In this document: positions 55,067-63,964 of the stretch, piece after piece
How the letters are laid out: every line of letters begins with the position of its first letter
Position numbering within the stretch: position 1 is the stretch's first letter
Assembly: GCA_050942955.1 (NCBI GenBank)
Contig: JBMNOG010000003.1
Span: forward strand, 3,049 to 67,048
Origin: Patescibacteria group bacterium
Lineage (GTDB): Bacteria; Patescibacteriota; Microgenomatia; UBA1400; UBA1449
Direction of reading: 5' to 3'
Length of the DNA: 64,000 nucleotides
Position numbers and translations under genes: made by a program
Notes under the pieces: generated by a model
The model's input: only the letters and a program-made list of their open reading frames with translations
The model's database searches: none
What the model was told of the DNA's origin: nothing

Positions 55067-57229
55067 TTAAGAAATACTTGGATAAACAGGGATAGTAAAG
55101 AAAAAGGTTGAACCTTCACCTACTTCACTCTTTACCCATATTTTCCCCCCATGTCTTGAAATGATTTCTTGAGAAATATACAATCCAATACCTAAGCCGG
55201 AAAACTTTTTTGATGGGTCATCTACTCTATAAAAGCGTTCAAAAATCTGTTCCTGGTGTTGCTTATCAATCCCAATACCAAAATCTGTAATTCCTACTTT
55301 TACAAATCCACCTTCACAGGTAACTGAAACAATTACTTTATCAGCATTAGGAGAGTATTTAATAGCATTTACCAGGAGGTTGGTAAAGACCTGCTCTAGT
55401 CTCTCTTTATCTCCAGTAACCTTCTGACAAGCCTTGCCCTGACATAGAATCACATGGTGACTATCCATAAGTTGGACACTGTCTATACCCTCTCTAACCA
55501 GTTCATCAAAATCAAACTCAGTGGTATTGAGCTGCAGCTTGCCTGATTGAATTTTTGAAACATCTAAAAGGTCAGTAATAAGACTATTAAGTCTATCTAT
55601 GTAAAGACTCATCTTTTTTAAGTAAAGTTTAACCTTTTCGTTATCCCAATCTTTTACCATCCTTTCCAAAATCTGGTTATAACCTTTTATGCTGGTTAGA
55701 GGTGTTTTAAGTTCATGGCTGGCTATACTGATGAATTCATCTTTACGTTGTTCAAGTTCTTTGCGGGCAGTAACATCATGGAAGTAAACAGAAATACCGT
55801 TTTCGGACGGGTAAACCCGGCTTTCATACCATTTCTGCTGAGGTTCAAAAAAGGCTTCAAGCGTTACCACCTCACCTTCTTCCATAGCATTTTTGTACGC
55901 CGGATACCAAACACTCTTCTCAAAGTCCGGCCAGACCTCAAAAATTGATTTTCCTAGATGTTCCTCCTTTACTTTTTTGTTAATGCGTTCAGCTTCTTTG
56001 TTAATGTAGATATACCGCCAATTTTGGTCCAATGCCACAAACCCATCGGAGATACTATCAAGAACATGAGAGATTCTCTTGTTAGTTTTTTCCAGTTCAA
56101 GTTTGATCTTCTTCTGTTCTGAAATATCAATAGCAAAACCTACCTCAAGCTGTCTGGCCTCATCCAACATTTTGCCCCCAATTAAAACAGGAATTTGAAC
56201 TCCATCCTTGCGAACATACTCTTTTTCTTTGGGCGAGTAATAGCCATATTTTCTTAACTGCGCCGCCATCTCTTTGTCCTGATCCAGATATTTCTTGGGT
56301 GTAATTTTATCTAGACGAACCTTCCCGAGCTGCATATCCTCCCGGGTATACCCTACCATATCTAAAAAGGCATCGTTAGCTTCGATAAGCTTGCCTTTAG
56401 TGGTAGCCAAAACTATGCCGATAATGCTCGACTGTACCAGTGCTTTAAAACGTTTTTCACTTTCTGCAAGCTGTCTTTCAGCTACCTTTTTAGCTAAAAC
56501 ATCCCGAAACACTAGCACTGTCCCAATCATCTTCCCTCTATCGTCTCTGATGGGTGAACCGTTGTTTTCTATGGGTATTTCATTACCGTTTCTGGAAACA
56601 AGAAGCATATGATTGGTTAAACCAATATTACAGCTCTCTCGAAGGATAGTTTCAGCAGGATTTTCTAATACTTCTTTCGTCTCTTCATTGATAATCTTGA
56701 GTACATTACATAAATTTCGCCCCATGCACTCATTAATTTTCCATCCAGTTAACCTCTGGGCTTCTTTATTCATAAAGGCTACCCTGCCCTGCCTATCCGT
56801 AGCTACTACTGCATCAGCAATACTGGAAAGAGTTACTTCAAACCATTTTCTCTGTCTCACTTCTTCTTCCCGAGATTGATCCAGTTTAGTCACTAAAGCC
56901 ACTATAGCTACTGCTGGCAGTGCATAAGACATAACCTGAAACATACGTGAAGGGTTCATGTTTAAAGGCTGTTTTCCCGTGATAAGAAAAATGTAGTCCA
57001 CTATGACAGCTATAAACACAGTTATAAATATTCCCCATTTAAAACGGCCGTAAAGCGAGTTAAGAATAATCAAAAAAAGCAGTAGAAGAAACGTAATGCT
57101 ATTGCCAACAAAGGTGTTGAAAAAAAGCTTTGCGTAGATTACTAACCCAGCTACGACCAATGCTTGAAGCGCATACACAACAAACACAAGAGTCTTACTG
57201 TATGAAAGTCTTTTAGTTAGAATAACCAT
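55067..57229 (-). CDS. Membrane-bound sensor histidine kinase with PAS domains. I trimmed the start to the internal Met MVILTK.
   Basis: N-terminal multi-transmembrane region. Two or three PAS-like segments. HisKA H-box SHELKTPLTSIKGY. The HATPase_c region has N, G1 and G2 boxes (NLLVNAIKYS, GITDFGIGI, GLGIGLYISQEIISRHGG). With the longer ORF start, a TATAAT would lie only 5 nt upstream. Confidence 0.85.
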   Translation of the reverse strand: MVILTKRLSYSKTLVFVVYALQALVVAGLVIYAKLFFNTFVGNSITFLLLLFLIILNSLYGRFKWGIFITVFIAVIVDYIFLITGKQPLNMNPSRMFQVMSYALPAVAIVALVTKLDQSREEEVRQRKWFEVTLSSIADAVVATDRQGRVAFMNKEAQRLTGWKINECMGRNLCNVLKIINEETKEVLENPAETILRESCNIGLTNHMLLVSRNGNEIPIENNGSPIRDDRGKMIGTVLVFRDVLAKKVAERQLAESEKRFKALVQSSIIGIVLATTKGKLIEANDAFLDMVGYTREDMQLGKVRLDKITPKKYLDQDKEMAAQLRKYGYYSPKEKEYVRKDGVQIPVLIGGKMLDEARQLEVGFAIDISEQKKIKLELEKTNKRISHVLDSISDGFVALDQNWRYIYINKEAERINKKVKEEHLGKSIFEVWPDFEKSVWYPAYKNAMEEGEVVTLEAFFEPQQKWYESRVYPSENGISVYFHDVTARKELEQRKDEFISIASHELKTPLTSIKGYNQILERMVKDWDNEKVKLYLKKMSLYIDRLNSLITDLLDVSKIQSGKLQLNTTEFDFDELVREGIDSVQLMDSHHVILCQGKACQKVTGDKERLEQVFTNLLVNAIKYSPNADKVIVSVTCEGGFVKVGITDFGIGIDKQHQEQIFERFYRVDDPSKKFSGLGIGLYISQEIISRHGGKIWVKSEVGEGSTFFFTIPVYPSIS

Positions 57230-57310
57230 AGTGAGTTTTAGATTGCTACGTTTTGCAAGCAAAGATATTATAGGAGATTTAGATTGATAAATGAAAGATT
57301 TTTTGCTGAA

Positions 57311-57339
57311 TTATTACGCTTTTCTTACTTATTTCTTAC
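57311..57339 (-). promoter_or_regulatory. Triple 11-bp-phased GTAAGAA / GTAATAA direct repeat upstream of the histidine-kinase and response-regulator operon, on its coding strand.
   Basis: The plus strand reads TTATTAC (57311), TTCTTAC (57322) and TTCTTAC (57333). On the minus strand a TATAAT lies at 57272-57267. Confidence 0.55.
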
Positions 57340-57420
57340 AGAAGATACAGAAACAACCCATAAAAGAAGGGTACTTTAACCACTTAAAGGAACGATCAAA
57401 CTAGGCTCACTTAATAAACC

Positions 57421-57444
57421 CCACCACCTTACTTAAGGTGGTGG
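57421..57444 (-). terminator. Hairpin downstream of the DUF378 gene.
   Basis: CCACCACC-ttacttaa-GGTGGTGG 8-bp GC stem. Confidence 0.45.
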
Positions 57445-57465
57445 AACACTAAAATAACACAATGA

Positions 57466-57669
57466 TTATCTCGTAGAGCGTTGCGTAGCTCTGAATAAAA
57501 TATAAAGAGCTGAGATCCCAACTAAAATATAGATAATCCTTGCCAGGATAGTAGCCCCAAAAATTGCGGCGACTAGATCAAGTCCAAAGAGACCCACTAG
57601 CCCCCAGTTAATACCTCCAATGATGAGGAGAATTAAGAATAACCAATCAAATCCGGAATATCCGTTCAT
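57466..57669 (-). CDS. DUF378-family small membrane protein. I trimmed the start to MNGYSG.
   Basis: The DWLFLILLIIGGINWGLVGLFGLDLVAAIFG pattern is DUF378. A strong RBS AAAGGAGGTAT-ATG sits at the trimmed start. Confidence 0.75.
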   Translation of the reverse strand: MNGYSGFDWLFLILLIIGGINWGLVGLFGLDLVAAIFGATILARIIYILVGISALYILFRATQRSTR

Positions 57670-57694
57670 ATACCTCCTTTCTGTTCTTGTATTG

Positions 57695-57791
57695 TAAGCA
57701 GGCTCAAGTAAAAAACATGTAAAGAAGCAGTAATAATTCAATAAAGGCAGGCCTTACAGATATTTGTTGTTTTTCTTACTAGTTTCTTTAC
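57695..57791. promoter_or_regulatory. Divergent intergenic region with phased GTAA(G/A)(G/A)AA heptamers in both orientations.
   Basis: Plus strand: GTAAG 57695, GTAAA 57708, GTAAAGAA 57719 and GTAATAA 57730. Minus orientation: TTCTTAC 57773 and TTCTTTAC 57784. Confidence 0.5.
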
Positions 57792-57795
57792 AAGT

Positions 57796-58338
57796 TTGAT
57801 TACTATCTCCTTGCTCAATACATACACTATGAAAAAAGTAGTTTTTAACAGCAAGAATTCAAACAAAAAACAGAAGCAAAATTATGAGACCTCTAAAAAC
57901 ACACAAGGTGAGCAAGAAACTTCAGAAAGACTAGAAAAATTAGCGAGGCAATCGAAAAGAATCATCTTCAAAGTTAATACTGTTCCATTCCTCACTTTTT
58001 TTAGTCCTACCAGAGTGGTAATTGATGAGGAAAAAGTGACTGTGGTTAATACAACTTTATTCGGCCGGGTTGCCCGAAAGGTATTTCCAATACTTTTTTC
58101 CCACTTACTTTCAGCAAGAACCGCTATAGAATTCTATTTTTTTGCAAGGTTAGAACTAGAAATTAAAGGCATGGAAACTAACCCTGAGTCAGTAGGTCCA
58201 CTAAAAAAAGATGATGCAGCAAAGGCCAGAAAAGTTATTAACGGTCTAATTGTAGTAACCAGAAATAAAGTTGACTTATCACCACTTAGCACAAAGGAGG
58301 TACTGGAAAAATTAGAAGAAATTGGACGCACAGAGTAG
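57796..58338 (+). CDS. Hypothetical protein.
   Basis: 180-aa ORF downstream of the phased repeats. Lys-rich N-terminus. No recognised domain. Confidence 0.35.
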   Translation: MITISLLNTYTMKKVVFNSKNSNKKQKQNYETSKNTQGEQETSERLEKLARQSKRIIFKVNTVPFLTFFSPTRVVIDEEKVTVVNTTLFGRVARKVFPILFSHLLSARTAIEFYFFARLELEIKGMETNPESVGPLKKDDAAKARKVINGLIVVTRNKVDLSPLSTKEVLEKLEEIGRTE

Positions 58339-58503
58339 TATTTCACCTCAACCTCTCTAAACACACAATTCTTTACAAATCATTTCAAAAGCAACAAGGC
58401 ATATTCTTACCCAACTGTTACCTTACCCTAATGCGACCCTAACATAACAGAAGTAACGTTAAGCTTGATTATATAGATAGTTTTGGAAAGGAGGTGGATA
58501 GCC

Positions 58504-58713
58504 GTGGCACAGAGAGGCAGAGGCTGGCATGGTGACCCGGAAGGACACGCCCGCGCAGGGAAAAAAGGTGGCCTGGCAACAAAGAGAAACCAGGGTGAAG
58601 ATTTCTATGAGAAAATTGGCCGAAAAGGTGGTAAAGCTAGTCCAACTAAGTTTGAAGAGGGGTCAGAACGAGCTAGAGAAGCAGGAAGAAAAGGCGGTAA
58701 AAGTTCTCACTAA
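58504..58713 (+). CDS. KGG-repeat general stress protein (YciG/con-10-like). I moved the start to the GTG downstream of the RBS.
   Basis: Repeated GKKGG / GRKGGK motifs (AGKKGGLAT, GRKGGKASP, GRKGGKSSH). The ORF tracker's TTG at 58483 lies inside the AGGAGGTG RBS. Confidence 0.65.
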   Translation: MAQRGRGWHGDPEGHARAGKKGGLATKRNQGEDFYEKIGRKGGKASPTKFEEGSERAREAGRKGGKSSH

Positions 58714-59461
58714 CTAGAGTCATACTCAAAAAGAGCGGGAGAGATCTCGTTCTTTTTGTTGGCGTTTACTTTTTTGCTATAGCGGTTACTTATAAAAAAA
58801 TGAGGAGTTGAAAAACTCCTCAAAATTTGATTGTGTCTCACCGGACATTAAAGATAGTATAACACGGATTGATTGCTTGGTAAAACAAAGGAAGTTACTT
58901 TTGCTTCAATAAGGCTTAGCAGGGTAATTCTTGGTTTATCAAGTTTAGAAACTTACAACTAAATAGTATTTCGTGGTTTAGCCTTGGTTTTTAGATACGT
59001 CTACAGAATCTCTAGCCAGACAAATTCGTACACTTAACCCCGAACGGTCATTTCCAAACTACACATTTACTGTCTCAGCAATTTTTTTATAGTTAGGAAA
59101 CCCCTTATGAGATCCCTGCCGGTAGCAATAATCCGAATCATTTTTGAGACATTTGGCTAACTTAATTTCTTCCTCGCTCCAAGAAATATGTCCATGATCA
59201 AGAATTAAAGTCTCTATCATCGCCTCTTTTTCTTCAGTAGACATTTGGGTATGTTTTTGCAAACTACTTGCCTACACTGTTTTGTAAACTCCGGACTTTC
59301 ATAATAACCTTCTGCCTGTCTTCTATTTTCTAACTCCTGTCATTTCCTTTTCACCAAACACGAAATTTCTCATCTGGTTATTATCGTATGCAAAACAAAG
59401 AGTAAACATACCTTCATCATCACCTTCAAGCTTTACGTTTTGAAATATGGTATAAACAAAA

Positions 59462-60181
59462 GTGTTACTTGTATTTACATTTCCTATGCCTAACTTCCAA
59501 ACTGCCACCATCATCAAACATGAGGTTCCAGCCGCTAAGTTTCATGATATCATCTTTGAGACACAAGAGCCTTTAACCTACTTTCCCGGGCAATTTATCA
59601 CTGTAAAAATTACGGACAATAAACTGAACTCTTACTCCATTGCAGGAAAAGTTGGTGAAAGACAGTATGGGTTGCTGGTGGACAGCACCCCAGGTGGACT
59701 GGGCTCTCAGTACTTTGAGTCACTCAAGGTAGGAGATACAATTTCTTTTCTTGGTCCCCTTGGCCATCTAAAATTTAATTCTAATGATGGCAGTCGGCAT
59801 CATATCTTTCTAGCAACCGGCTGCGGTATTGCTCCCATCAAACACATGGTAGAAACTGCTTTAAAAGAACAAGGCTGTCAAAAACCAATAACTCTTTACT
59901 TCGGACTCCGCTACAAAGATGATATTTTTTGGGATTATTATTTTAATGAACTGGCACAACAGTATCCTAACTTCACTTATAAACTTTGTCTTTCACGGCC
60001 TGATGAAACCTGGAAAGGGGCTTCTGGTCACATCACAGATTTACTTAAAGAAGACTTTAAAGACGCCAGCCATTGCTCAGCTTACATTTGTGGCAACCTT
60101 AAGATGGCTCAGGAGGCAAAAGAAATATTAGCTTCCTTAAACTGTCCGAATGAACGAGTGTACGCCGAAATGTATGGATAG
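59462..60181 (+). CDS. FNR-like oxidoreductase (ferredoxin-NAD(P)+ reductase / PyrK-like FAD/NAD(P)-binding protein).
   Basis: The FAD-binding-6 region contains NSYSIAG, an RxYS-like motif. NAD-binding GCGIAP motif. 239 aa. It lies 38 nt upstream of korA. Confidence 0.65.
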   Translation: MLLVFTFPMPNFQTATIIKHEVPAAKFHDIIFETQEPLTYFPGQFITVKITDNKLNSYSIAGKVGERQYGLLVDSTPGGLGSQYFESLKVGDTISFLGPLGHLKFNSNDGSRHHIFLATGCGIAPIKHMVETALKEQGCQKPITLYFGLRYKDDIFWDYYFNELAQQYPNFTYKLCLSRPDETWKGASGHITDLLKEDFKDASHCSAYICGNLKMAQEAKEILASLNCPNERVYAEMYG

Positions 60182-60219
60182 CAAGGTTGCCTAACTAGGC
60201 ATTATTTGCATATAATGAA

Positions 60220-61947
60220 GTGATGATGCCTCTATCTGCCCTGTTCACCTTCAAAATTGGTGGTCAAGCCGGCCAAGGAGTAAAATCTGCCGGGCTTATG
60301 TTTTCTAAAGTTGCCACCCGCTCCGGCTACTATATTTATACCCATACAGAATATCCTTCTTTGGTTCGAGGGGGACATAATGTTATGCAGGTAAGTGTGA
60401 GCGACAAAGAGGTTTTTGCCCCCACTCAGCATACCAACCTTCTCGTTGCTTTAAACCAGGAAACGATTGATCTTCATTACCATGAGTTAGTCGAGGGCGG
60501 GTTTTTGCTTTTTGACGAAGCTAGTAACTTGAATACTTCAAAAGTAAGCAACAATGTTCACATTTGCCCTATCCCTCTGGCAAAGCTGGCTGAAAACAGT
60601 GACGGCTCTCCTCTAATGAGTAATACCGTCGCCCTGGGAGCAACAATCGGTATTCTGGGCGGAGACATTAAGTATCTCAAGAACTTACTTAGTGAAGAAT
60701 TTGCCAAAAAAGGAGAGGAAGTTATCAAGCAAAACCATGCGGCCGCACTCACCGGCTACGATTACACCCGAAACCATTTTGCTCAGCTCATCACTAGCAC
60801 CCTTAAACCAAAAGAGGAACATCGTTCGTTAATGGTTGTTAACGGCAACCAGGCAGCTGCTTTGGGGGCAGTTGCCGCCGGCTTGCAATTTGCCGCTATC
60901 TACCCTATGACGCCAACTTCCAATATCCTTCATACTCTTGCCCCCCTGCAAAAAGAGTGTGGTTTTATTTATAAACAGCCTGAGGATGAACTGGCAGCCA
61001 TCAATATGGCGCTGGGTGCTTCCTTTGCCGGAGCAAGGTCTTTAGTGGCCACTTCAGGTGGGGGGTTTTGCTTAATGTCAGAAGGCTACGGCCTTGCGGG
61101 ACTGGCTGAGCTGCCGGTTGTTATTATTGAAGGTATGCGCGGTGCTCCTGCAACCGGTATTCCTACCTGGACAGAACAGGGAGATTTGCGTTTTGTCCTT
61201 CACGCTCACCAAGGCGACTTTCCTCGCATTGTTTTAGCAGCCGGTGACGCTAAGGAAACATTTGACCTTACGATGCAGGCATTTAACTTAGCTGACATCT
61301 ATCAAACACCAGTTCTTATCCTTATTGATAAACACATCTGCGAAAACGACCAAAGCTATGAACCGTTTGATTACTCCGGATACGAAGTAGACAGAGGGAG
61401 GTTTACAACCGAAAAAGTCGAAAATTACCAGCGCTTTGCCTTGTCCTCTGACGGCATTTCCCTGCGCTCTACTCCCGGTACAGGTAACCATCTTTTAGCT
61501 AACTCTGACGAGCATGATCAGTATGGCTATTCAAATGAAGAAATAGAAAACAGAAACCAGCAGATGCAGAAACGGATGAAGAAACTGGAAACATGTGCCC
61601 AAACCCATATGCCCGCCCCCCAGCTTTTCGGACCCGACAAAGCAGATGTGACCATTGTGTCCTGGGGGAGTAATAAAGGCAGTATCTTGCAAGCTATTGA
61701 ACAGTTTAATAACGTCAACTACCTCCACCTTACCTGGATTAACCCCTTCCCAACACAAGCAGTTAGGGAAAGACTACAAAAGGCTAAGTACCTCATTAAC
61801 ATTGAGTGTAACTACACAGCGCAAATGGGAGGCCTTATCAAGGAAAGAACAGGGATTGAGATTTTAGATAACTACCTTAAGTATGACGGCCGGCCGATTT
61901 ATCCTGAGGAGATTATTGAAAAAGTAAATAAAGTTCTAGGCAGATAA
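60220..61947 (+). CDS. korA: 2-oxoacid:ferredoxin oxidoreductase alpha subunit (fused gamma-alpha; KorA/OorA type).
   Basis: N-terminal gamma-like FKIGGQAGQGVKSAG. The alpha domain follows. 575 aa. Confidence 0.85.
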   Translation: MMMPLSALFTFKIGGQAGQGVKSAGLMFSKVATRSGYYIYTHTEYPSLVRGGHNVMQVSVSDKEVFAPTQHTNLLVALNQETIDLHYHELVEGGFLLFDEASNLNTSKVSNNVHICPIPLAKLAENSDGSPLMSNTVALGATIGILGGDIKYLKNLLSEEFAKKGEEVIKQNHAAALTGYDYTRNHFAQLITSTLKPKEEHRSLMVVNGNQAAALGAVAAGLQFAAIYPMTPTSNILHTLAPLQKECGFIYKQPEDELAAINMALGASFAGARSLVATSGGGFCLMSEGYGLAGLAELPVVIIEGMRGAPATGIPTWTEQGDLRFVLHAHQGDFPRIVLAAGDAKETFDLTMQAFNLADIYQTPVLILIDKHICENDQSYEPFDYSGYEVDRGRFTTEKVENYQRFALSSDGISLRSTPGTGNHLLANSDEHDQYGYSNEEIENRNQQMQKRMKKLETCAQTHMPAPQLFGPDKADVTIVSWGSNKGSILQAIEQFNNVNYLHLTWINPFPTQAVRERLQKAKYLINIECNYTAQMGGLIKERTGIEILDNYLKYDGRPIYPEEIIEKVNKVLGR

Positions 61948-61949
61948 CT

Positions 61950-62804
61950 ATGACAACACTTGCCGACTTAACTACACCCTGTAAACCCAACTGGTGCCCC
62001 GGCTGCGGCAACTTCGGTATCTGGACAGCTTTCCGCAATGCTGCTGTCAAAGAAAACTGGAATATTAGCAATACGGTTATTGCCGCCGGTATCGGCTGTC
62101 ATGGACATATCATTAACTTTGTTAAACTGCCGGCGTTTGAAGGCCTGCACGGCCGGGCAGTCCCTGTAGCTACAGGTGTTAAGATGGCTAATCACAAACT
62201 CAATGTCTTTGTTTTTACCGGAGACGGTGACTCACTCGGGGAAGGCGGTAACCACTGGGTGCATGCCTGCAGAAGAAACCACGACATCACCATTATTCTT
62301 CACGATAACGCTATCTACGGCCTCACAACCGGACAAACTTCCCCTGCTTCACAAAAAGGCTTTAAGTCAAAATCCACTCCTGAAGGTAATCCCGATGAAC
62401 CGATTAGACCGTTAGCCCTGGCTATCGCCGCAGGAGCTACCTTTGTTGCCAGAGGTTCAGCCTACGATCACGAAAAGTTAACTGAACTTATTATTGCCGC
62501 TAATAACCATAAAGGCATAGCTATTATTGATGTTTTACAAGCATGTATGAGTTTCAACCCAGAGGTAGCAGGCTACTACAAAGCTAACACCTACTACCTA
62601 GGAGATGATTACAATCCCAAAGATAAAAATGTTGCTTTTACTAAGGCGCTTGAGTGGGGAGAGAAAAGCATTCCTTTGGGTATTTTGTACAAAGAGGAGA
62701 AACCTTCGTATGAAATGGAAGTTCCCCAAATTGCCCAAAAACCACTAGTATCCACCCCTCCCCTAAAACGGGATATTGAAACACTATTCAAACAATATAT
62801 GTAA
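61950..62804 (+). CDS. korB: 2-oxoacid:ferredoxin oxidoreductase beta subunit (TPP-binding).
   Basis: CPGCGNFGI N-terminal motif. GDGD TPP/Mg-binding motif. It begins 2 nt after the korA stop. Confidence 0.85.
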   Translation: MTTLADLTTPCKPNWCPGCGNFGIWTAFRNAAVKENWNISNTVIAAGIGCHGHIINFVKLPAFEGLHGRAVPVATGVKMANHKLNVFVFTGDGDSLGEGGNHWVHACRRNHDITIILHDNAIYGLTTGQTSPASQKGFKSKSTPEGNPDEPIRPLALAIAAGATFVARGSAYDHEKLTELIIAANNHKGIAIIDVLQACMSFNPEVAGYYKANTYYLGDDYNPKDKNVAFTKALEWGEKSIPLGILYKEEKPSYEMEVPQIAQKPLVSTPPLKRDIETLFKQYM

Positions 62805-62843
62805 TATATAAAGGAGGCTGGGAATTCAGTTCCAGATAAACCT

Positions 62844-63764
62844 ATGAATGAAAAACATACCAAAGCTATTGCTCTTGCCTTAACAACTATGGTTATCTCC
62901 GGAATAGCGATTTTTATCAATAAGTTTGCGGTTAGCGCTATAAAACCCCCACTTGTTTTTACTGCTACTAAAAACCTGGGCGTTGGGCTATTTATTGTCA
63001 GTGTTCTGTTTTTAACTAAAAAGTGGCAGTGTATTAAAAAACTCACAAAAAGAGAAGTTAAAAACCTGGTTTTAATCGGGGTTATCGGCGGTTCTCTGCC
63101 TTTCTATCTTTTTTTTGAAGGTTTATCCAAGGCTTCGGCAGTCAATGCTGCTTTAATTCACAAAACACTCGTTCTTTGGGTAGCACTGCTTGCTTTACCT
63201 CTACTCAAAGAAAAACTTACTAAAATTCAGGTGTTGGCTGTTGGAGTACTCTTTGCCAGCAATCTCGTTATCGGCGGCTTTAAGGGGTTTGAATTCTCTC
63301 AAGGGGAATTAATGGTATTAGGTGCTACCATTCTCTGGGCTGTCGAAAACGTCATTGCCAAAAAGACGTTAAAAACGGTTGATCCGGATATCGTTGTTGG
63401 AGCTCGTATGGGGTTTGGAACAGTAATTCTCCTTGCTGCCGCTAGTTTCGTGTATCCGGCCAGTCTAACTCAGATTGGTAGTTTAACCCTAACTCAGAGT
63501 CTGTGGCTGGGAGTATCGGCAGTTACTTTAGCTGGGTATGTGATGAGTTGGTACAGAGCCTTAAAACTGGCTTCAGCTACACTAGTAACCTCTATTCTGG
63601 TTGGTTCAACCCTGATAACCAACCTGCTTTCAGCTATGTTCGTTACCCATACCTGGACAAAAGATATGACACTGCAAGCAGGGCTGATTATTTTAGGGGT
63701 AGTGCTGTTGATTTCTCAAAAAGTAAAACCTGAAGCTAGAGAAATATCTTTAGCTGAAAACTAG
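62844..63764 (+). CDS. EamA/DMT-superfamily transporter.
   Basis: 306 aa with ten predicted transmembrane helices in two EamA-like repeats. Confidence 0.75.
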   Translation: MNEKHTKAIALALTTMVISGIAIFINKFAVSAIKPPLVFTATKNLGVGLFIVSVLFLTKKWQCIKKLTKREVKNLVLIGVIGGSLPFYLFFEGLSKASAVNAALIHKTLVLWVALLALPLLKEKLTKIQVLAVGVLFASNLVIGGFKGFEFSQGELMVLGATILWAVENVIAKKTLKTVDPDIVVGARMGFGTVILLAAASFVYPASLTQIGSLTLTQSLWLGVSAVTLAGYVMSWYRALKLASATLVTSILVGSTLITNLLSAMFVTHTWTKDMTLQAGLIILGVVLLISQKVKPEAREISLAEN

Positions 63765-63964
63765 CCTAAAGACTCAAGAAAGCGCTTCGTCCAAAAGGAG
63801 AGTTTTTCTTCCTCATCTTGGGTTAAGATTTTTACCGCCATTCCCCAATGGACGGCGACCACTTTTCCTTTTTTCATTCCTGGGACAAAATCGCTGGAGT
63901 AAGAAAAAACATCCTTGATAGTTGCTAAATGGTATTTGTCTTTAGTCGCCTTAAGCGAAAACAC
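63761..63964 (-). CDS. C-terminal part of an uncharacterised gene at the window edge.
   Basis: The ORF is still open where the window ends. It overlaps the upstream gene by 4 nt. No domain is recognisable. Confidence 0.3.
   Translation of the reverse strand: MFSLKATKDKYHLATIKDVFSYSSDFVPGMKKGKVVAVHWGMAVKILTQDEEEKLSFWTKRFLESLG

Noticed and set aside
58483-58717. Alternative-frame ORF 58529-58717 (62 aa) overlapping the KGG-repeat gene. Also the locally elevated GC (~50-70%) of this patch as a possible HGT signal.
   Set aside because: The KGG-repeat frame matches a known stress-protein family and follows a strong RBS. The other frame is its shadow. The GC rise is explained by the Gly/Arg/Ala-rich composition (GGN, CGN and GCN codons) over only ~200 bp. 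This is not sufficient evidence for horizontal transfer.
59059-59517. Small ORFs 59059-59262 (-) and 59323-59517 (-) as possible toxin-antitoxin genes.
   Set aside because: They have no recognisable toxin or antitoxin motifs. The second overlaps the start of the FNR-like gene and has no RBS. The first may be real but cannot be assigned.
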